A stretch of 61,722 nt of DNA, filler included. It is 4 parts of 4 records of this genome, joined end to end, with 100 filler letters (N's around TTAATTAATTAA, not from the genome) between each part and the next. Parts side by side here need not be neighbours in the genome. Positions count along the whole stretch, not along the records: positions 55,334 to 61,722 come from SRR20825006_961; 3 more parts are not named here. One strand, 5' to 3'. Below the pieces are notes generated by a model. It did not search any database and had not been told where the DNA came from. It saw only the letters and a program-made list of their open reading frames with translations. The translations under genes and the position numbers were made by a program. This document shows positions 60,987 through 61,722 of the stretch, in pieces (position 1 is the stretch's first letter; every line of letters begins with the position of its first letter).

Positions 60987-61722
60987 ATGAAACATTTCTC
61001 TGCCTTACTTCTGACGACGACACTGCTTGGCGCCCCGGCCTTTGCCGAGATGCTGGAGCTGGAAAAAGACGAACTCAAGTTCGGCTTTATCAAGCTGACC
61101 GACATGGCGCCGTTGGCGGTCGCCTATGAAAATGGCTATTTTCTGGACGAAGGGTTGTTCGTCACACTGGAGGCACAGGCCAACTGGAAGGTTCTGCTGG
61201 ACGGTGTGATTGGCGGTCAGCTGGACGGCGCGCATATGTTGGCCGGGCAGCCGTTGGCGGCGACCATCGGCTATGGCACCGAGGCGCATATCATCACGCC
61301 CTTTTCGATGGACCTGAACGGGAACGGGATCACCGTGTCCAACAGCGTCTGGGAACAGATGAAGCCGAACATTCCGACAAATGCCGATGGTCTGCCCCAG
61401 CATCCGATCAGCGCCAGCGCCCTTTTGCCCGTGGTCGAAAGCTATCGCGCCGCTGGCAAGCCGTTCAACATGGGCATGGTTTTCCCCGTCTCGACCCACA
61501 ATTACGAACTGCGGTATTGGCTGGCGGCCGGGGGGCTGAACCCCGGACTTTACAGCCCCGCGGACACCTCGGGGCAGATTGGCGCGGACGTATTCCTGTC
61601 CGTCACGCCACCGCCGCAAATGCCCGCAACGCTCGAAGCCGGTACAATCGACGGCTATTGCGTGGGCGAGCCGTGGAACCAGCAAGCGGTGGTCAAGGGC
61701 ATCGGCGTGCCGGTGATCACCG
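60987..61722 (+). CDS. nrtA: CmpA/NrtA family nitrate ABC transporter binding protein (runs off the window; absent from the ORF track)
   Basis: [20 protein letters not shown] signal, [48 protein letters not shown] and YCVGEPWN. Confidence 0.92.
   Translation, partial: MKHFSALLLTTTLLGAPAFAEMLELEKDELKFGFIKLTDMAPLAVAYENGYFLDEGLFVTLEAQANWKVLLDGVIGGQLDGAHMLAGQPLAATIGYGTEAHIITPFSMDLNGNGITVSNSVWEQMKPNIPTNADGLPQHPISASALLPVVESYRAAGKPFNMGMVFPVSTHNYELRYWLAAGGLNPGLYSPADTSGQIGADVFLSVTPPPQMPATLEAGTIDGYCVGEPWNQQAVVKGIGVPVIT

Noticed and set aside
61005..61685. 226-aa minus-strand ORF in the track
   Set aside because: It is the antisense shadow of nrtA, which the track missed because it lacks a stop in the window.

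Overview
The window is not one locus. It is four contigs joined by three identical 100-nt linkers (N44-TTAATTAATTAA-N44 at 17975-18074, 31957-32056 and 55234-55333), so gene neighbourhood across the linkers means nothing. Segment 1 (1-17974) and segment 2 (18075-31956) look planctomycete (Rhodopirellula-like). They carry a giant PVC-type CxxCH/cupredoxin redox protein, a sulfatase, tatD, a PhoB-like regulator, a PEP-CTERM protein, gap-obgE-coaX, an RNase H-fold protein behind a structured leader, glgB, a truncated GNAT-PIN fusion, a TerB-like protein, a Mo-oxidoreductase/pentapeptide fusion, a BlaI/BlaR1-type pair, a cupin, DUF1559 plus a small lipoprotein, uxaE, a Zn-dehydrogenase and several REP-like families. 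Segment 3 (32057-55233) is Rhizobiaceae-like housekeeping DNA: imelysin, RsmB-like, ubiB, ubiE, mutM, ldhA-like, rpsT, dnaA, ArsC-like, ybaK, M29 peptidase, xseA, upp, add, deoB, M20 amidohydrolase, DUF4142 and a DppA-like binding protein. Segment 4 (55334-61722) is Rhodobacteraceae-like: a LysR-MFS-SGNH cassette and the nasT-nasS-ANTAR leader-nrtA nitrate assimilation head. Taxonomic assignments come from gene content and recalled sequence style only. No CRISPR array, rRNA, tRNA or intact transposase was seen. The best candidates for something undescribed are (i) an RNase HI-fold protein with all catalytic carboxylates lost, directly behind a ~340-nt highly base-paired non-coding region, and (ii) a GNAT-PIN-GNAT fusion next to a Zn-ribbon/TM/TerB gene. 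All family calls are from motif recognition by eye; no searches were run.
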